A stretch of DNA of 64,000 nucleotides from NCBI RefSeq assembly GCF_006345805.1, contig NC_043013.1, positions 9,052,001 to 9,116,000 on the forward strand. The letters run 5' to 3'. This DNA is from Octopus sinensis (taxonomy: Eukaryota). Below, one piece after another: positions 61,107 to 64,000 of the stretch; position 1 is the first letter of the stretch; every line of letters begins with the position of its first letter. A model generated the notes under the pieces. It was not told the DNA's origin. It was given only the letters and a program-made list of their open reading frames with translations, and made no database searches. A program made the translations under genes and the position numbers.

Positions 61107-61299
61107 CACACACATATACACAACACAAGCACATACACAGACAGACACACAATATATACACACACAAAGGCGACGAGCTGGCAGAAACGTTAGCATGCTG
61201 GGTGAAATAGTTAGCAGTATTTCATCAGTCTTTATGTTCTGAGTTCAAATTCCACCGAGGTCGACGGAATATATATATAAACATACATATAATATATAT

Positions 61300-61690
61300 A
61301 TCATCATCATCATCATCGTATAAGGTCCGCTCTCCATGCTAGCATGGGTTGGACGATTTGACTGAGGACTGGTGGCAAACCAGATAGCTGCACCGGGCTC
61401 CAGTCTTGATCAGGCAGAATTCCTACAGCTGGATGCCCTTCCTAACGCCAACCACTCTGAGAGTGTAATGAGTGCTTTTATGTGCCACCGGCACGAGGGC
61501 CAGTCAGGTAGTACTGGCAACGGCCATGCTCAAATGGTGTTTTTTTACGTACCACCTGCACAAGAGCCAGTCCGGCGGTACTAGCAACAACCTCACTTGA
61601 ATGTTTTTTCACGTGCCAGTACCACCAGTACAAGTACCAGTATCACCAGTACAAGTGCCAGTAAGGTGATGCTGGTAACGATCACGCTAT
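61300..61690 (-). mobile_element. RTE 3' UTR copy (diverged)
   Basis: Reverse tail ctccatgctagcatgggttggacg...gatgcccttcctaacgccaaccact plus units. Confidence 0.8.
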
Positions 61691-61701
61691 ATATATATAT
61701 T

Positions 61702-61737
<36 letters not shown>

Positions 61738-61780
61738 TACCATTTAATAATGAGCTGAAGATTAGATAGCAATATCAAGG

Positions 61781-61812
<32 letters not shown>

Positions 61813-62301
61813 ATATATACACACACACACACAAACTTACTATTTAATAATGAGTTGAAGATTAGATAGCAATATCAAGGACATACTTGCAAATTCTAAG
61901 AAATCAGTTTATTTTATAGCTGTTTGGTTGTTTTAGGTTTTTATTATTTTTTTTTTTTGCACTTCTTAAGGAAAGTAATGGCTCATTCATTATTAAACTA
62001 TTTTGGGATATTATTTTTTTTTCTCTCATGTGATATTTAGTGAAGAATAGCTTGGTTTGATACAGTTCTGTAATGGATCATTCACTGGTTCACTGGATTT
62101 CTAACAATGAAAGTAACAAGGGAGTGTGAGTTACCCAATATGAAACAAATATTGCAAGGCACTTCATTTGAAAAGTACCATATTTTTCAAATTTCTTTTA
62201 AATAATTAAAATTTTGAGCAAAGTTCTACACACTGGCACTTATGTACATACATACATTTTGTGTATGTGTGTGTATGTGTGCATATGTATATATTATGAG
62301 G

Positions 62302-62686
62302 AAGGAAGCACTCCGTCGGTTTTGACGACGACGAGGGTTAGGTTGATCGAATCAACGGAACAGCTGGCTCGTGAAATTAACGGTAAGTGGCTGAGCATCC
62401 ACAGACACGTGTACCTAACGTAGTTCTCGGGATATTAGGGACACAGAGGTGACAACGGCCGGCCCTTGAAATACAGGTACAACAAGAAAAACAGGAAAGT
62501 AAGAGTGAGAGAAAGTTGTGGTGAATGTGAAAGAGTACAGCAGGGATTAACCACCAGCCCCTGCCGGAGCCTCGTGGAGCTTTAGGTGTTTTCGCTAAAA
62601 ACACTCACAACGCCGGGTCTGGGAATCGAAACCGCGATCCTATGACCGCGAGTCCGCGCCTAACACTGGGCCATTGCGCCTCCACC
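62302..62686 (-). mobile_element. SINE-C copy
   Basis: Matches 5572-5957. Confidence 0.9.
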
Positions 62687-62689
62687 ATT

Positions 62690-62900
62690 TATATCTATAT
62701 ATAAAGTTAATCCAAACAAGAAAGCACAAACAACAACAACGTGAGGACGTGGAACAATAAGTATTATTGACGCTCAGAAAGAAGGAAAGAGGAGGGTTTA
62801 AACGTTTCGAGCGGAGCTCTTCGTCGGAAACATAAAAGGAAAGATCCAGAGAAGGGAAGGACAGAGGAAAAAATCGCCAACGGTACACACAAGGTCATAT
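62690..62900 (-). mobile_element. Penelope-like terminal fragment between TA-rich flanks with a minimal hammerhead-like motif
   Basis: Minus strand gttt-CCGACGA-A-GAGC-TCC-GCTC-GAAAC-GTT-taaac at 62831-62796. Confidence 0.55.
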
Positions 62901-63396
62901 ATATATATCCATGCGAGTGTGAATGTGTGTGTGTGTATGTGTGCGTGTTTGTGTGAATGTGCATATTTATATTCCCTTCACCTATTTTTGATCCATTGCT
63001 GAATGAAGCCCCAGCATGCTGTTGCTGGCTTACCTGTAGTGTTTGTTAGCTTACCTGTCCATATTCATTAAATCTGGCTTGAACGGAAGACATCATTGGT
63101 CGAGTGATTTACCCTGATTATTGACACTGAGACAGAATTTGAACTCAATATGCAAAGAATTACAACAGATACCACAAAGCAAAGCAATCCACTGCTTTTG
63201 ACTCGTACTATTTTTTTTTCTGTAGTTTCAGCTCAGAGCTGTGACCATGCTGAGGCACCACCGTTTCGCTACCCTGTTATTATTGAGAGCCTCTTCCAAT
63301 ATGTGGCAGTTGGTGAAGAATGGAGTTTGAATAGCTACCCTCATTTGCACCTCTTAAAAAAGCTGTAAAATTATTTTATGAAAAAGCTGTAAAATT

Positions 63397-64000
63397 ATGG
63401 GAAACTTGTTGGAGGGTCTACTTGAGTTGCAAAAACAGTAATAACAACAACTCAAAAAACAACAAGAACAACAACAAATGTTACTGCAACAAATGCTACA
63501 ACTAATGAAGTTGGTAACAAAACCAGAAAATACATTCTTGCCAGACCATGTAGCAAATTCAATAAATAAATTTAAATATGACCTAGAAGAAGGAGTCACC
63601 TTTGAGACATATTAGGGAAGATTTGAACTAATTTTCAAAAAAGAATGCCAAGACCGGATGGACAAAATGAAAATGCATCTAATTCTGAGGAAACTGATGA
63701 TGACAGAGCACAAGAAATACTGTGACTTTATATTGAACTAAGAAAGTTTCAGGCATAAATTTCATGGACTCAGTTGACATTTTATGTAAGATGTTCAGTG
63801 AAAAGACATTGTTATTCAACACATGTTGGAAGGGTTTGAATATGGAGAAAAGCAATGATGAAGACTTTACCACATATGCGGGTAGAGTGGACAGAGAGTG
63901 TGAGAGATTGAAACTGGATAAACTAACTCCAGACTCGTTCAAGTACCTGATTTTTGCTCAGGGACTTACTGCTAAAAAAGGACACAGAAGTCAGAATGAA
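63397..64000 (+). pseudogene. Ty3/Gypsy gag remnant (K02A2.6-like), running off the window
   Basis: Q-rich start, SINKFKYDLEEGVTFETY, LLRKL-like segment, DEDFTTYAGRVDRECERLKLDKLTPDSFKYLIFAQGL; stops and frameshifts. Confidence 0.7.

Noticed and set aside
63295-63330. Primer-binding site or LTR upstream of the Gypsy gag
   Set aside because: tggcagttggtg is only suggestive; no LTR boundary or tRNA complement could be verified by eye.

Overview
AT-rich, repeat-saturated eukaryotic DNA. The repeat families look like a coleoid cephalopod, most likely Octopus (inferred from repeat content, not verified). No host gene is confidently identifiable; there is one weak exon candidate. Most of the ORF track is microsatellite or tandem-repeat artefact. 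Contents: four tRNA-headed SINE families (labelled here SINE-A to D), decayed LINEs (RTE, CR1-group, R4/Dong-like, Tx1-like), a full-length dead mariner, other mariner/hAT/Tc2-type/Helitron remnants, a Gypsy gag remnant, long microsatellites and a 100-N gap. Main discovery candidate: two sequence-unrelated cassettes of about 315 and 344 bp (43031-43345, 57747-58090). Each is closed by long terminal inverted repeats and carries a complete minimal type-I hammerhead ribozyme fold with the same non-canonical U3-A8 core (UUGAUAA...GAAA...GUC). Three further decayed or atypical hammerhead-like motifs lie in (TA)n-flanked Penelope-like ends. Other highlights: a 3.4-kb array of about 98 x 30-bp units amplified from a SINE B-box segment, a fold-back element with a telomere-like core, a repeated SINE-head/CR1 chimera, two SINE-LINE tail matches, and LINE families each sitting in its own microsatellite type. 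All coordinates and pairings were read by eye; element boundaries are approximate to about 10 bp unless motifs are quoted.
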